64,000 bases of DNA, from assembly GCF_006345805.1 (NCBI RefSeq), contig NC_043009.1:51274001-51338000 (forward strand). The letters are read 5' to 3'. Positions 12,816 to 28,543 of the stretch are shown in pieces. This DNA is from Octopus sinensis. Its lineage: Eukaryota. The notes beneath the pieces were generated by a model that was not told the origin of the DNA, made no database searches, and was given only the letters and a program-made list of their open reading frames with translations. The stretch's first letter is position 1, and each line of letters starts with the position of its first letter. The position numbers and the translations under genes were made by a program.

Positions 12816-13998
12816 CCTGAGATAAATCGAGATGCGCAGCGCGTTATATATATATATATATATATATATTCTGATATGAGGTCAGTATCTATCGATCTGT
12901 CTGGACATATACATAAATATATACACATGTACACACACACGCATACACACACACGCTCATACACACTTGCGCTCATACACACTCGCAAATACATATACGC
13001 ACACTGGCGCGCGCGTACACACACACACACACACACAAACACACAGGCGCACGCGCGCGTCAAATCCCTTTTAGGGGGGCTGCAGGTAACTTGTAACCCA
13101 GTACAACCTGTAGCATGGTCGGGCTATCGGCAACAAAACTGGCAAGCTTACCAGTCAAGATTGTTTCGATATGACGGTTGCTATCGTTGAATGAAATACA
13201 AGAACACAAAGAAAGGAATGACCATTCATCAGCTGACAATGGGTAATTTCTCATCTTGGATTAAAGACCTCTCAAGGAGAAGAGGAATTCTGATGTAACA
13301 CTTGGGACTTCGTTTTCATCCAAAGAATTGGACTCGTTCCTGTTGGGTAATGCATACGCTGTTTATAGAATGTGACTGGCTCTGTCTAAAACTTTTCCTC
13401 ATTTCAGATAGCTCCAGGCATAACGATTGGCCTTTAATATCCGTGTTGCATAATGTGAACTTGGTCAGCCCTACGCACGATGACGTCTCTGGGGCCATAA
13501 ACTTGGTATCACCACCCGAGCCCCATTAAGCAATAGCATGAAGCAAGCACAATGTGTGCAGATGGCCAATAAAGGTAAAATCTGGTACACACCTTCAGTC
13601 CATGATAAAATGAAGTCTCTGAACACCCACTACACACGGTACCCATTGCTGTCACGGCTGCACAAAGTGTGTCGGTCCGTAGAATGATTGAGAGTACAAA
13701 ACCGTAAACCGAGATTTTCAGGTTCTCAAGTCAATATTCAGATGGCTATGAATACAAATCATGGCGCTTAAGCGGCGCTTGTCCCTGAGAAAGGCGACCT
13801 AAAACTGCAAATGTTATTTTTTGTCAGCTAAATGAAATGATGTATCATGTTCGAAAGCATCGCACAACCATTTACAAAAATCTGGTCGTCTATCGATCGA
13901 TTTTAATACTATCGTTTTAACCCCTTGCTTGCACAATAACTCACATAGAAATACGCACTGTGTAACACACGCGGGCACATAAACCACATTCACACATT

Positions 13999-14050
<52 letters not shown>

Positions 14051-14530
14051 TATTCTTGTATAAATATCATTGAGTGATTATCTTCCCTGTATTGTAATTG
14101 GTTGTTGGAAAAATAAGGTCGCAACATTTAAGAGTGTCAAAAGATTACTACATCATTCGAACACGCGATTCCTCTAAGAAACGAAGTATTTATTCAAAGA
14201 GAATTATTTGTGAATTGAAACTGAACACAACGGACGGTTATTGAAAAAGTAATGCTATAGACACCTATTTTACATAATTTCTGTCTTTATTTTGTTTCAG
14301 CTATAAAGTACTTACATCTGATATTCAAATTCGTAGCTGTGGTCGTATGTATGTATGTATGTATGTATGTATGTATGTATGTATGTATGTATGTATGTAT
14401 GTATGTATGTATGTATGTATGTATGTATGTATGTATGTATGTATGTATCTATGTATGTATGTATGTATCTATGTATGTATGTATGTATGTATGTATGTAT
14501 GTATGTATGTATGTATGTATGTATGTATGT

Positions 14531-14990
14531 GTCAGGTCACTTTCGAGTGCTACTGGTAACATGTAACCCAGTACAACCTGTTGCATGGCCGGGTCGTCGG
14601 CGATTAAACCGGCAACCCCACCAAGCTTGCTTAGTGAGGAGGGTGTTTATTGGATACCCTGCGGGGTGAAAAACAAACCCCGTCAAAGGGCGGAGGAAAT
14701 CTTGAGAGTCAACGACTATCCAATAAATGTCTTAAGGATGTATCATGCGCGGGGTCATAGAAAAAATCGGTCTGATTACCCGATCGCGCGGTTAAACCAT
14801 TGGGAGTAAATGACTCCTAGCCTTTGTTAGGGCATCCCTCTAGAAGGTAACTCAGGTAACTGGGATGACTCCGATATAAACTCTGTGGCTCAGTGGTTAC
14901 CGATGATATTGAATTGTTCTTCTTTTCGGATTATGGCTGCTGTTACTTAGTGAGTGGGATTGACTCAGTGCACAACCTTTCTTCACGTAC
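14531..14990 (+). mobile_element. RTE-related non-autonomous element / RTE 5' UTR
   Basis: 14620-14990 is the reverse complement of 50176-50540, which continues into an RTE-type 3' tail; head shared with 8425, 13070, 19345. Confidence 0.7.
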
Positions 14991-16207
14991 GTGTTATTAC
15001 TATTTCTTGCAAGTTGTGTACTTTTGAGTGTTGTAGCAAAAAAGTGGCTACGAATGAGTATAACATTTTACGAACTGATATTGGTAGTTAAAAATTCACG
15101 TTTAGAAGAGTACCTCTTTCCATCGCTAGCGTTGCAACATGAGCCATTGTTAAGCACTTCTTATTTTCAAAAAATATTTAGCTGCGCTTTGCTGTTCCCA
15201 ATTCTTCCAAGACTCACTCACATCGTGTCTTCTAACAAGTGTTTGTCCCCGAATACTGGCCTTCACATAGAAACTTGGAGGTTGCTGTCGGAAAGTACCA
15301 GAATGTATTACAGATGTGAATCGTTGAGCAGCTGAATTTGTTGATTGCCTGGTTTGTTGCCAAATACGTGTGCTGCCTGGTTCGTTGCCAAATACGTATG
15401 TGGTCGAACATCGTCGCGGTAAATTCGTATCGTCTTCGGATTCTTGTTAGATTTCAAACTCCAAAAGATTTCCTCAAGCATTTTGGCTGTCTCAGTTTGC
15501 TACATCTAATTCATCATACAATAAAATCAAAGAGAAGATGGCCCCATATGCCAATAAATAAATAAATAAATAAATAAATAAAATTGCCACTACGACTTTT
15601 TGAGTTGTTTGCTGGCTTATAAATTCTTGATTTTGGGGAGTATGTTACGATATTCCGCGGGCTAAGCCTTCAATTCTGTATCATAAAGTTACGCCCTCCT
15701 TTAATTTCCTGATCACACAAGGGAACACGGACATGCGGACTGTTTGGCGTCAAATGCTTTCAGCAGGGCAGGCAAGATACCATAGTTACTTCCTTTACGC
15801 CAACTATTGTTGTGTTGACACTGTACAATTTTCGTATATACAAAAAGTTCCATCATATTGTGAATGCTGTATGACCACAGTAGTAAGCTCACATATTGAC
15901 TAGTCTGGCAACACGAAAAATTTGTCCACTTCTTCGTTATTGCTGTCAAAGTTGCAGGCACACAAAGTACGTGGTTTCGATTCGATGCTGCATTCTCCTT
16001 TAAACTTCATTAATCTATGGACATTGGACTTTGAATGGTGTCATCTACTTAAACAAGCTCTAGCCTTTTCTAGATGTTAGAAAGCGTGCAGACCTTGTCA
16101 CCAAAACCTCATTGACGGCATGCTGTTTCGGCTGGGAAGCCATTTTACCTTTAATGAAGGAAAAAAATGAATAGCATTGGGGAGAAGAGGTACTTTATCC
16201 ATAAGTG

Positions 16208-16591
16208 GAAGCACTCCGTCGGTTACGACGATGAGGGTTCCGGTTGATCCGAATCAACGGAACAGCCTGCTCGTGAAATTAACGTGTAAGTGGCTGAGCA
16301 CTCCACAGACACGTGCACCCTTAACGTAGTTCTCGGGGATATTCAGCGTGACACAGAGAGTGACAAGGCCGGGCCCTTGAAATACAGGTACAACAGAAAC
16401 AGGAAGTAAGAGTGAGAGAAAGTTGTGGTGAAAGAGTACAGAAGGGATCACCACCATCCCCTGCCGGAGCCTCGTGGAGCGTTTAGGTGTTTTCGCTCAA
16501 TAAACACTCACAACGCCCGCTCTGGGAATCGAAACCGCGATCGTATGACCGCGAGTCCGCTGCCCTAACCACTGGGCCATTGCACCTCCAC
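16208..16591 (-). mobile_element. Full-length tRNA-derived SINE family C (variant 3' half)
   Basis: A-box TGGCCCAGTGG, B-box GTTTCGATTC; TSD TTATCCAT(A/G)AGTG at 16195-16207 and 16592-16604. Confidence 0.9.
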
Positions 16592-17599
16592 TTATCCATG
16601 AGTGCAATTTGAATGACTTCTATCTGTTAACAAAGTGTTTACGCTCACTTCTGAGTTGCTTTCTTGTATGTGTATGTGCGAGCGCATATGTATGTGTGTT
16701 TGTGTGTATGACCGTTATCTCCTACTTGTTTCAGTCATTAGACTGCAGCCAAGCTGGGGCACCGCCGTGAATAATTTCAGTTGAACGAATCGGCTCCAGT
16801 ACCTATTTTCTTTTAAACCCGGACTTGTTACCGATTCTATCGGTTTATTTTGTCGAACCGCTAACTTATGGACATGTAAACAAACCAACATCACATGTAG
16901 ATCGATGATAGGAGACTATCACAGACACAAACAAGCACACACACACATACACGAAAGGCTATCTATATGTCTGTGTGCGTGTGTTTGTGTGTGTGGGTGT
17001 GTGTGTGTGTGATGGGTGTGTGTGTGTGTGATGGGTGTGTGTGTGTGTGATGGGTGTGTGCGTGTGATGGGTGTGTGTGTGTGTGATGGGTGTGTGTGTG
17101 ATGGGTGTGTGTGTAATATATAGACAGACAAACAGACATATATCCTCAACTTAGTCCATTTGCCAAAAGGTTTGCAAGACACCAGCAGGCCTCAAGAGAC
17201 ACGTTCGTGTCCATAGAACATGATCAATGCTTTATTTTGCTGAACACTAACTTGTTGCTCACGACAAGAGAATCCATCATATGTGTGTATGTGTGTGTGT
17301 GTTTGTGCGTGTGTGTGTGCGTGTGTGTGTGTGCGTGTGTGTGTGCGCGTGTGTGTACCTTATATATCTATATATATAATATATATATATATACATACTT
17401 TTGTTCTTTTACTTGTTTCAGTCATGTGATTGCGGCCATGCTGGAGCACCGCCATAAAGGGTTTTAGTCGAACACATCGACCCAGGACTCATCCTTTATA
17501 ACCCTAGTAATTATTCTATTCTATCATTTTGCTTGAGTGCTTGTGGATAATTTTCTATGAGTTCTCTTGAGTGGACAGCTAGGCCTCCTTTACTTCATG

Positions 17600-19260
17600 T
17601 CACAAAACCACAATGAGGTAAGGTTTACATTTAGAGGAGCAGTGTTTTGCTAGCGTGCCTTCATGCTTGCATTTAGTTGGTCCCAGTCTTGGAGTCGATT
17701 TTCCTCAAATTTTTTAAAGAAGGAGAAGTAGGACTGGCGCCTGGTCCTGCGTTCTGATGTTTTGTTTTCCGATGAAGAAAAGGGAATGTTGATTGTTTCA
17801 GATTGTCTTTTAGTTTGTCCTTGAAGCGCCAGAGTAGCCTTCCAACTGACCTTCTGTTGGGAATTGGCCAAAGAGAGGTTCTGATATCACTCATACGTGA
17901 TAGATGGCTTCACCATCTAAGCTGTATTTTTGATGAAGATGGCTTCAATACCTGATATGCTGCATTTTGTAAGTACCCCACTGATATGAATATGGTCACT
18001 TGGTTTCATGTTGGAGATAGTGTGCAAATATTGCATATGAAAAGCGTCAAACTGATTGATGTGCTTTCGGTATAAAATCCGAGATTCAGCACCATAAAGC
18101 AATGTTGTCAAGACCACCGATTTATATACATTAATCTGCACCTTCAGCGATACATCGTGGCTGATTCATAGCCTGTAATAATGCTTAAGGAAGGCGGAGG
18201 TAGCCTTCCCGATTCTGGACTTGATTTCTTTATCCATCTTTCCATCATTGGACTCAATGGAGCCAAGATACCTGAAGGAGGAAATAGTTTTCAATGCTTT
18301 CCCATCAACATATACAGTAGGGGCAACAGCGGAAAGATAGACTCAAATGGGTTGATGAACAAGCTAATTTTTGTTGATGCTGATGGTCAGACCAACGGCC
18401 TTCGATGCATGCGAGAATTTGTTTAGAATCCATTGCATGTCCTCAAGAGATCGTGTGCTACAAGTGCACAATCGTCTGAGAAGAGCAAATCTTGAACTGT
18501 TTGCACCAAAAATCTTAGATTTTGCTTTGAAGCGCTGTTGGTTGAACGAGCAACCACCAGTTCTGCACTCAAACATTTACTCCTTAAACACCCCCCGAAT
18601 GCTGTTTCCAACATAACGGAGAAATAGAAAGTAAATAAGTGGTGCAAGAACACAGAATTGTTTTGTCCCATTTGAGACGGTAAACAGAAACCATCATAAT
18701 TTGATGGAAAGAAATTATGACACTGAGAATCATTCCTGGAACGCTTAGTTTTCTAAGGACAATCCAAAGAGCATCCCTAGATAAGCTATCGAAAGCGTTA
18801 GATCTACATAAGTGACAAAAAGGTCTCAGTTGTGCTCAAGAGTCACCTGCAGCAGCCTTAGGCTAAAGATCATATCCGCTGTGCCTCTACCAACCCGACA
18901 TCTACACTGATGTTCAGGCAATTCTAAGCTGGGAAGGGCATCATTTAGTCTATTTAAGATAACCCTTCCAAGGATCTTTACAGCAACACACAAAAGGGAG
19001 ATACATCTATGGTTGTCACATTCACATTTGTTACCTTTATTCTTATGACAGTAGACAACAGAAGCGTCTTTGAACTGATCCTGATGAGTTCACATAACTT
19101 GTTCCCCAGTAGACTTCGACCACATTTATATATCTCAGCTGGTATGCCATAATTCCCAGACGAGTTTCCATTCGTGAGTTGTTTCATAACGTCTTTTATC
19201 TCAGCATTTGATGAAGCAACTGACAGTTCTTCAAGGATAGGCCTATCTTGTAGGTTGATG
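17600..19260 (-). mobile_element. Decayed RTE-clade LINE reverse transcriptase region
   Basis: Fragments GIPAEIYK, LLFSDDCAL, VGLTISINK, VYKSVVLTTLLYGAES, RFKDKLKDNLK typical of RTE/BovB-like ORFs; multiple frameshifts. Confidence 0.85.
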
Positions 19261-20139
19261 ATCAAGATATATATATATATAAATGTATATACACTCACAC
19301 AATATTGTCTACATGCTTAAGGCTGTATGTGAATGTATAAAATTGTCAGACCTCTCTTTGTGCTATTGGTAACATATATCCTTGTACAACCTGTAGCATG
19401 GTCGAGCCGCCGGAGACTAAATTGGCAAAAATACCAAGATCGTTTGCTATAAAAGATGGTCCTGGTCCTACTGGGCAACTTACAGGGAAAAAAAAAACAA
19501 TACTTGACAGAAGCCGGACGTATACATTGAAGAAATTACCATATAACAACTAGGAGTCAGGAAAGCACATCACTTTTTCGACATCTGTCTTGGTGATTTC
19601 CTTTGCATTAATACATATGAAAACATACACACACACATTCTGGTTACTCGGACATGGTGACATCCCTTTTATACAAATAATTTGATGTGATTATTTTTCT
19701 TGAGTTGTGATTAATTGCTGGAGAACTAACGTCGCGATGCAATATAGCATCGCCAATCAAACACAATCATTTGGGAAATGGACATGTGATCGAAATGGAT
19801 GGTTCCTGGTGAGGTAATGCAATGCTATAGATACTTGTATTAAATAATTTCTATCATTGTTTTGTTTCAGATATCTCATTTGATAATTTTTACATTTGAT
19901 ATTTACATTTGATAGTTATATTTGAAACTGTCATATGTATGTATTATGTATGTGTGCGTGTATATAGACATGTAGAAACAGGTGTGAGCGTTTGTCTACA
20001 TACATGTATATATGCATCTCTACATCTCTTTGTACCTGACTCACAGTCCCCGGGCTCTAACTCTGTCTCTCTATTCCTCACTACATATATGTGTGCGTGT
20101 GTGTAAGTTTATAGGAATGTATGCATATATATATATATA

Positions 20140-20339
20140 TATTTTTTTAATAATTTTGATATATATTTAAAATAATATAATTTAATTAATCTTATGTATT
20201 GGCTTGAGTTTTTCATTGTATGATTTGCCTAATAGTGGTTTTATCTCTAATTTAATATAATATAATATTTTACTATAAATTTGGATTCAATCCTAAATCT
20301 GATTTTTCCCTGTAAGTTTGGATTTATTCCCTAATATTT

Positions 20340-20345
<6 letters not shown>
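20140..20345 (+). mobile_element. Truncated copy of the (TA)n-inserted element at 32314-32535
   Basis: Near identity: aatcttatgtattggctt...ttggattcaatcctaaatctgatttttccctgtaagtttggatttattccctaata. Confidence 0.85.
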
Positions 20346-20402
<57 letters not shown>

Positions 20403-20634
20403 TACATTCGTATAAACACACATATATATATGTGTGTGTGCACGCGCGCACATATGAAATAATTTGTCCTGGGCATGATTTAAGATGCATCCGGTATCAT
20501 AACGAACTAAAAAAATTGAATAAATAGAAGAAACGCTATGAAGCTGAGAAGGCAGCGTATAGAAAACGCAGACAAAAGTATAGCTACTACGTTGGCTAGC
20601 TACATATGGAGTTTGAAAGATAATGAAAATCCTA

Positions 20635-22233
<1,599 letters not shown>

Positions 22234-22604
22234 TAAACACCGCATGTGATTAAATGGAAAGTAATTAAGAAATTTATACCTTATGTGAATGGATCGAATA
22301 AATGTAGAACTTTTTTGCCTGAAAGAGCGAAGATCCTGTTCAGATCTTAAGATCCCTATGTCTCTATTAAATTCGAGGTCAGAAATTTTCAGTGGTTGCA
22401 TGCATATGTATAAATATATTCTGAAGAATTGGAAAATTCCGCTTATTCCTGACTGAATATTGTATCTCCAGCTGCTTCAGATACCAAGATAACAAAAATT
22501 GTCAAAGTCTAGTACAACGGTTTTGTTATGGAATGGTTAAACCATTTTTTTTTCGTTTTCTGAAAAGGCAACGTTTTGGACTTACGACACTTTTGCATAA
22601 TAGC

Positions 22605-22676
<72 letters not shown>

Positions 22677-22811
22677 CTGGATATAGATATGCATACACGT
22701 ATTACGTACATACCATATAAAGCATTGCAATTTCATACACATTGTACATAGATGTAATGTACCTTAATAAGTAATATATAGCCATAAAGTATTTATTTTT
22801 GTGCGTATGTA

Positions 22812-23176
22812 TCTACTATAGCCTCGGCCCGACCACAGCCTTGCGAGCGGATTTGGTAGACGGAAACTGATAGAAGCCCGTCGTATGTGTGTATGTATGT
22901 ATGTATGCATGTATGTATATATATATATATATATGTGTGTGTGTGGGTGTGTGTGTGTATACTTTTGTGTGTCTGTGTTTGTCCCCCACCCAACATCGCA
23001 TGACAAGAGATGCTGGTGTGTTTACGTCCCCGTAACATAGCGGTTCGGCAAAAGAGACAGATAGAATAAGTACTAGGCTCACAAAGAATAAGTCCTGGGG
23101 TCGATTTGCTCGACTAAAGGCGGTGCTCCAGCATAGCCACAGTGAAATGACTGAAACAAGCAAAAGAATAAAAGAA
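22812..23176 (+). mobile_element. SINE family A, 5'-truncated
   Basis: Same two-module structure with internal microsatellite. Confidence 0.85.
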
Positions 23177-23499
23177 TACATGTACATGTTATAACTGCTT
23201 CTTAGTTATTGTGTATATTTGACTGTTGCAGCAAAAGAATAGCTAAAATGACCGTAACCATTTATGAACTGATATCGTCTGCTTGAATTGCACACGTTAG
23301 CCGAGTAGCTCTTTCCATCACCGGTGATTGAGCTTTTCGTTCAGCTGCAATCATCTTTGCAAAGCTATCAGATGCCTCCTGCTGTAGCTTGTTCTTTCCA
23401 ACCACTTTCGCCTCGTTTCTATTATCAAATCTTAAACTCTGAATACTGTGCTTCGTTGGAACAATGATGTGGAAGCTGGAGATCAGAAATTCAAAATGA

Positions 23500-24290
23500 A
23501 TGGGGTCGCTGGTCAACCTAATTTTTCGATAACTTTTTTTATTCGGAAACCTATGTGTGGTCGAGCATTTTCTTCTTGAAATGTGGATCGTTTACAGATT
23601 CTTTTCCGAGTTATTCCACTAAAGGATTATGCTAAGTTTCTCGGGTTTCTCAATGTACCGTTTGCCATTCATGTTTTAATCCTTTTAAAGGACATGAAAG
23701 GGAAGCAGTTATACTTCAAAAGTGAAATCCAGTCGTGATAATTATATCTGTCATTCGCCAGCTCTTGAAATTTTGTTACCTTGATAATGTTCCACAGTTC
23801 TGTGGATAAAATTTCATTTCTGGACTATGCAGATACAACTTCGTTTCATTTCCTGTCACCAGATTGGAAAAGAACTCACATGGCTTCATTGACGTCAGAT
23901 ATTCCCAGTACGTCGCTCCAGACAACACACTTCTTTCCATTAAATCGAGCGTCGACCACAGAGGCTACGACTTTGCACACACTTTCTGATGCCCAAAATG
24001 TTTCCCCATTTCTTAAGTGTACACTGCGAAAAGATTCAGCAATTTCACAAATTATCACATGTTCCTTGCTCGAATAATTTGTCCACGCGCTGGCGATTCT
24101 TTTCAGGGCCCAACGTTTAAGACAAAGCCAACTGCATGGAGTGTATTCAATACTGGTTTCTCCTTTAAGCGCGCTTCTACGGTGTACGTTGCTTTTGGAT
24201 ATATTGATATCACAGTGGACAAGCCGTGAGCGTGTGCTGTTCATTCGTCAAAAATTCAATGACATCATATTGCTTGGCTTTGGACCCCGT
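23500..24290 (-). mobile_element. Decayed mariner-like transposon
   Basis: Similarity to 11290-12410 at the upstream end and in the HHDNA-like region; HTH-like fragment in ORF 23876-24244. Confidence 0.6.
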
Positions 24291-24659
24291 AATTTTTCTG
24301 CAAAGAAGAAGAGGAAGCAGGGTTAATACAACGGAAAGATTTACTCAGCCACTATGTGCAATGTGAAAACTTGTCACAGTAAGCAAAAAAGCTTATTGTC
24401 ACTTTTACGTTGCTTACGTTTGCGCGCACTCGCGTTTGGTGTTGTGTGCTTTCATTTTTGTGAGTGTTTACATATATTAGTATTTTGTGCATGTGTCTGG
24501 GTATATACGTATGAGTGATGCTATCAATATTATTCTCTATGTATGCAGGTATGCAACTATTCATATACATGTGTATATGTATATACATACATACATACAT
24601 ACATACATATATGTGTGTGTGTGTATTTATATATATATAGGTAAATATATATATATATG

Positions 24660-24875
24660 TACACTCAGATACCCATTCTATCAATGTGCTATTGGAACAC
24701 CAACACAAATTAGATTAAACAAGGAAACATTCTTCATTGAAAAATATAAGCCTAAACTTAACCATTCTAACATTCTTATACAGAGAAACTCACCCCATTA
24801 AATAAGGGAAAAGAAATATAAAGCGATTATCTCCCTTATACCGGAAGAAATCGCTTATTACCTCTCCCTATAAAT
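24660..24875 (+). mobile_element. 3' fragment of a second Penelope-like element in (TA)n
   Basis: Translation YPFYQC...IRLNKETFFIEKYKPKLN matches the R..xE..FI....P.LN end of PLE GIY-YIG domains. Confidence 0.65.
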
Positions 24876-24896
24876 ATATATGTGTATATATATATA

Positions 24897-24929
<33 letters not shown>

Positions 24930-24931
<2 letters not shown>

Positions 24932-26373
24932 CCTTAAATCCTTTAAAATGTTTTAGCCCGAAGGCCACGGCCATGCTGGGGCACCACCGCTGAATGAGCT
25001 ACACTAATATGCGAATCCACCTCTGATACGTGGCACTTGGTCAACAAGGGAGTTCAATGCCGCTGCCCGCATCTGTGTCTCCTGTCCGACAAAAAGAGAT
25101 CCAGTTTAGTTTTAAAGAAACCCACATCCACACCATGCAAGTCTCTCAGGCATTTAGGGAGGATGTTAAAGAGCTGTGGTCCTCTGAAACCCAAGCTGCT
25201 GCAGTATCTGGTCCTGTATTTTGATGGTGATGCTGGAATCTTTGACACCATGCAGTGGCGCCCCGTTCTGCGGTTGGGGTAACTTTGAATGCCAAAGTTT
25301 GGGACAAGACCCTCCAGGATTTTACGGATGTATATCACCGCATATCTCTCCCGCCTTCGCTATAGGGAGAAGAGTTTTAATACTTTCAGACTTTCCCAGT
25401 AGCTGATATGTTGCATTGAGACGATATTCTTTGTGTAGCTTCTTTGAATTGCTTCGAGTTCTGCTGTTAGTTTTATATTGTGTGGTGACCATAGTTTGGA
25501 GCAGTAGTCCAAGCGGCTGAGGACGAAAGTTTTCCACAGGACCATCCATCAATGTCTCCTCTCTTGTTCTGAAAGTTCGGAGAATCCATCTAGCTAGCCA
25601 TCTGCATTTTATCACCAGATTAGTAATATGCACTTGGAAAGATGCATCATTGCTCATGTCAATGCCCAGGTCACGCACTGATTTTGACTCAGGGATTGCA
25701 ATTCTTCCCGGGCAGTGTATCCAGTCTGCATGTCGTTTACCTTTGTGTGCCGGTAGCGCAGGGCCTGGAACTTACCTGTGCTAAACTGCATGTTGTTGTC
25801 CTCAGCCCACATGTATATTGTATCCAATTCCTGTTGCAGATGTGCAATATTTCCAGGGTTTTGTATTGTGTGGAAGACTTTTGTGTCATCTGCATAGCTA
25901 GCAAGGGTGGCCATCTTAGCAACTGAGGGCATGTCTGAAAGGGCCACTATGAACAGCAGTGGCCTCAAGACAGTGCCCTATGGAATACCGCTTGTTATTT
26001 GTGTTTCCTTGGAGGTGGCTCCATTGGTCACAACTGCCTGCCTTCTATCTTTTAGGAAGTTGTGCAGCCACTCTCCAAGTTTTCCGCCTATGCCGAGACC
26101 ACGCAGTTCGTGGTCGACTTTATCAAAGGCCTTTGCAAAGTCGAGATATATCACATCCACATTTGAGCCATTTAGTAGCTGTTTTAATACCCAGTCATAG
26201 TGTTGCAGGAGCTGTGTTAGGCAGCCTCTACCTGGTCGAAATCCATGCTGGGTGTCAGTCAGCAAGTCATTTTCTTCAAGGAACATGATTAGTTTCTTGC
26301 GGACTATTCGTTCCATGACTTTGCTGATATGTGAGGTCAGATAGATAGGCCTATAATTTTTAGCATCTGCTCT
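24930..26373 (-). mobile_element. CR1-group LINE, 5'-truncated, frameshifted RT
   Basis: QHGFRPGR, YLDFAKAFDKVDH, YADDTK, RDLG, RLDYCSKLWSPH, LEAIQR motifs across ORFs 25978-26316, 25654-25968, 25360-25545. Confidence 0.92.
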
Positions 26374-26389
26374 ATATATATATGTATAT

Positions 26390-26970
26390 GTCGTCTGGAC
26401 TACTGTTTCCAGTTATGGACACCACATTGTGCCAAACTAACAGCGACGCTTGAAGCAGTCCAACGCCACTACACTAAAAAGTTTGAAACAGCTGCATGGA
26501 GTGGTTGAGAAAACTACAACTTTACTCCCTGGAGCAAAGGCGCGACAGATATGCAATAACCTACATATGGAAAACTCTTGAATGGCTAGTACCTAATTTC
26601 GGCATTCAGTGTTATTCAAATACTAGAGATGGCCGCCCCATCCACTCTATCTAGATTCAAGGTCAGGTGCTGCAATAATCTAGGGTTCAAAGACTCACAG
26701 CTCTTCAATGACCTTCTACAAAAACTAAGAAATCAGCATAAAGTGAAAGTAGATATCTTCAAAACGGCACTAGACATCCTCCTCTCCACAATACGGGATG
26801 AATCAACAGCTCAGCATAAGATGCAGACGAGGGCAGCGGAATAATTAGGGAGTTCCCTTATGCAACAAATAGACCAACAGCAGTGACAAAGGCACATGCA
26901 AGAGTGGGGATGTCAAACACCTCAGAATGAGAAAATCAGGAAGACCACGGTGTTGCTCCAGCATGACCGC
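26390..26970 (+). mobile_element. Older CR1-group LINE 3' fragment, opposite orientation
   Basis: RLDYCFQLWTPH..., LGFKDSQLFNDL..., FKTALD homologous to the adjacent minus-strand copy but diverged. Confidence 0.75.
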
Positions 26971-27039
26971 AGCAGCATGTTTGGATTCGGGATACTTAGC
27001 ATCGTATGTATGTATATACGTATATTAAATGTTTGTATG

Positions 27040-27314
27040 TCTTCTTCTTCTTCTTCTTCTTCTTCTTCTTCTTCTTCTTCTTCTTCTTCTTCTTCATCTC
27101 CTTCTTCTTCATCATCATCATCATCTCCTTCTTCTTCTTCTTCTTCTTCTTCTTCTTCTTCCTCACCTTCTTCTTCCTTCTTTTCTTCTTCTTCTTCTTC
27201 TTCTTCTTTCTTCTTCTTTCTTCTTCTTCATCATCTTCTTCATCATCTTCTTCTTCTTCTTCTTTTTCGTTTTCGGCTTCTTCTTTTTCTTCTTCTTCTT
27301 TTCTTCTTCTTCTT

Positions 27315-27345
<31 letters not shown>

Positions 27346-27372
27346 TTTTATTATTATTATTATTATTATTAT
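27040..27372. repeat. (TTC)n / (TCA)n / (TTA)n compound microsatellite
   Basis: Direct reading. Confidence 0.95.
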
Positions 27373-27428
27373 AAATGTGTGTGTATATATGTATGTGCAC
27401 ACATACATATTACTATATACACACAAAT

Positions 27429-27468
<40 letters not shown>

Positions 27469-28433
27469 ATATATATACATGTATAGCGATTGATAGATCG
27501 GCAGACAAATATATACATGCATACAAAGTTAAATGTCGCCGTTCCAAACATCTCAGGGTATCCAAGGAATTTTTTTAGACGATTGTGATTACAGCACTTA
27601 ACCCCTGAAAGAGTTCGCCCGTCCGCAAGAGAGGTAACATTCAACTGCAAATAACATTCATTTTCGACGAAGAATTTTCGTGAAACAATGAACCATTTTC
27701 ACGGAATCAACACGATGCCGCTCATTAAGGAAATTGAACCCAACATATATACATATATATATACACATATATACATATATACATATATACACATATATAC
27801 ATACATAAATATATATATATATATATATCTATATATACATATATAGATATACATATATGTATATATACACATATATACATATACATGCATACATAAATAC
27901 ACACATGTATGTATCAGCAAGCACGCATACACACACACATTCTCTCTCTCTCTCTCTCTCTCATATACTCACATGCAATTCTTATTTTATTATTTTTGGT
28001 GTTTTTATCTCGATTTGCATAATGGCGTCAAAATTGTTGTTAGTTCATTTGAACACAGGTCCTCTAAGCAAACAGGGTGACGACTCGACGAGAATCTTTT
28101 GTAATGTGAATCTTTGAACACAAGAATTGGTTCCTGAAGTAGTAAAACTATGGACACTTATATTAATTAATTTCTATCTTTATTTAATTCCAGACTATAT
28201 GAAGTTGTTTGATATTTATATTAGGAAATGACAAGTATATGTATGTGTGGGGTGTATTTGTGTGTGTTTATGTATATATATATATGTATATATATATTAT
28301 ATATATAAATATATATGTATGTATGTATATATGTATTCATCTGACTGTTCTTTGTTTTGTTTTCCTGGTTCATTTTCGCTGCGTCTATCTCCTCCAACCT
28401 CTCCCTCTGTCCAACAATTATATATATATTATA

Positions 28434-28485
<52 letters not shown>

Positions 28486-28543
28486 ATATATATCTATATA
28501 TATATATTATATATATACACAATATATATAAATATATACATAC

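Noticed and set aside
15000-16130. Higher-complexity segment with short ORFs and a 28-bp tandem duplication
   Set aside because: No identifiable domain; probably an old TE remnant, unassignable by eye
16520-16591. tRNA gene
   Set aside because: tRNA-like head continues into a SINE body with TSD; no proper acceptor stem
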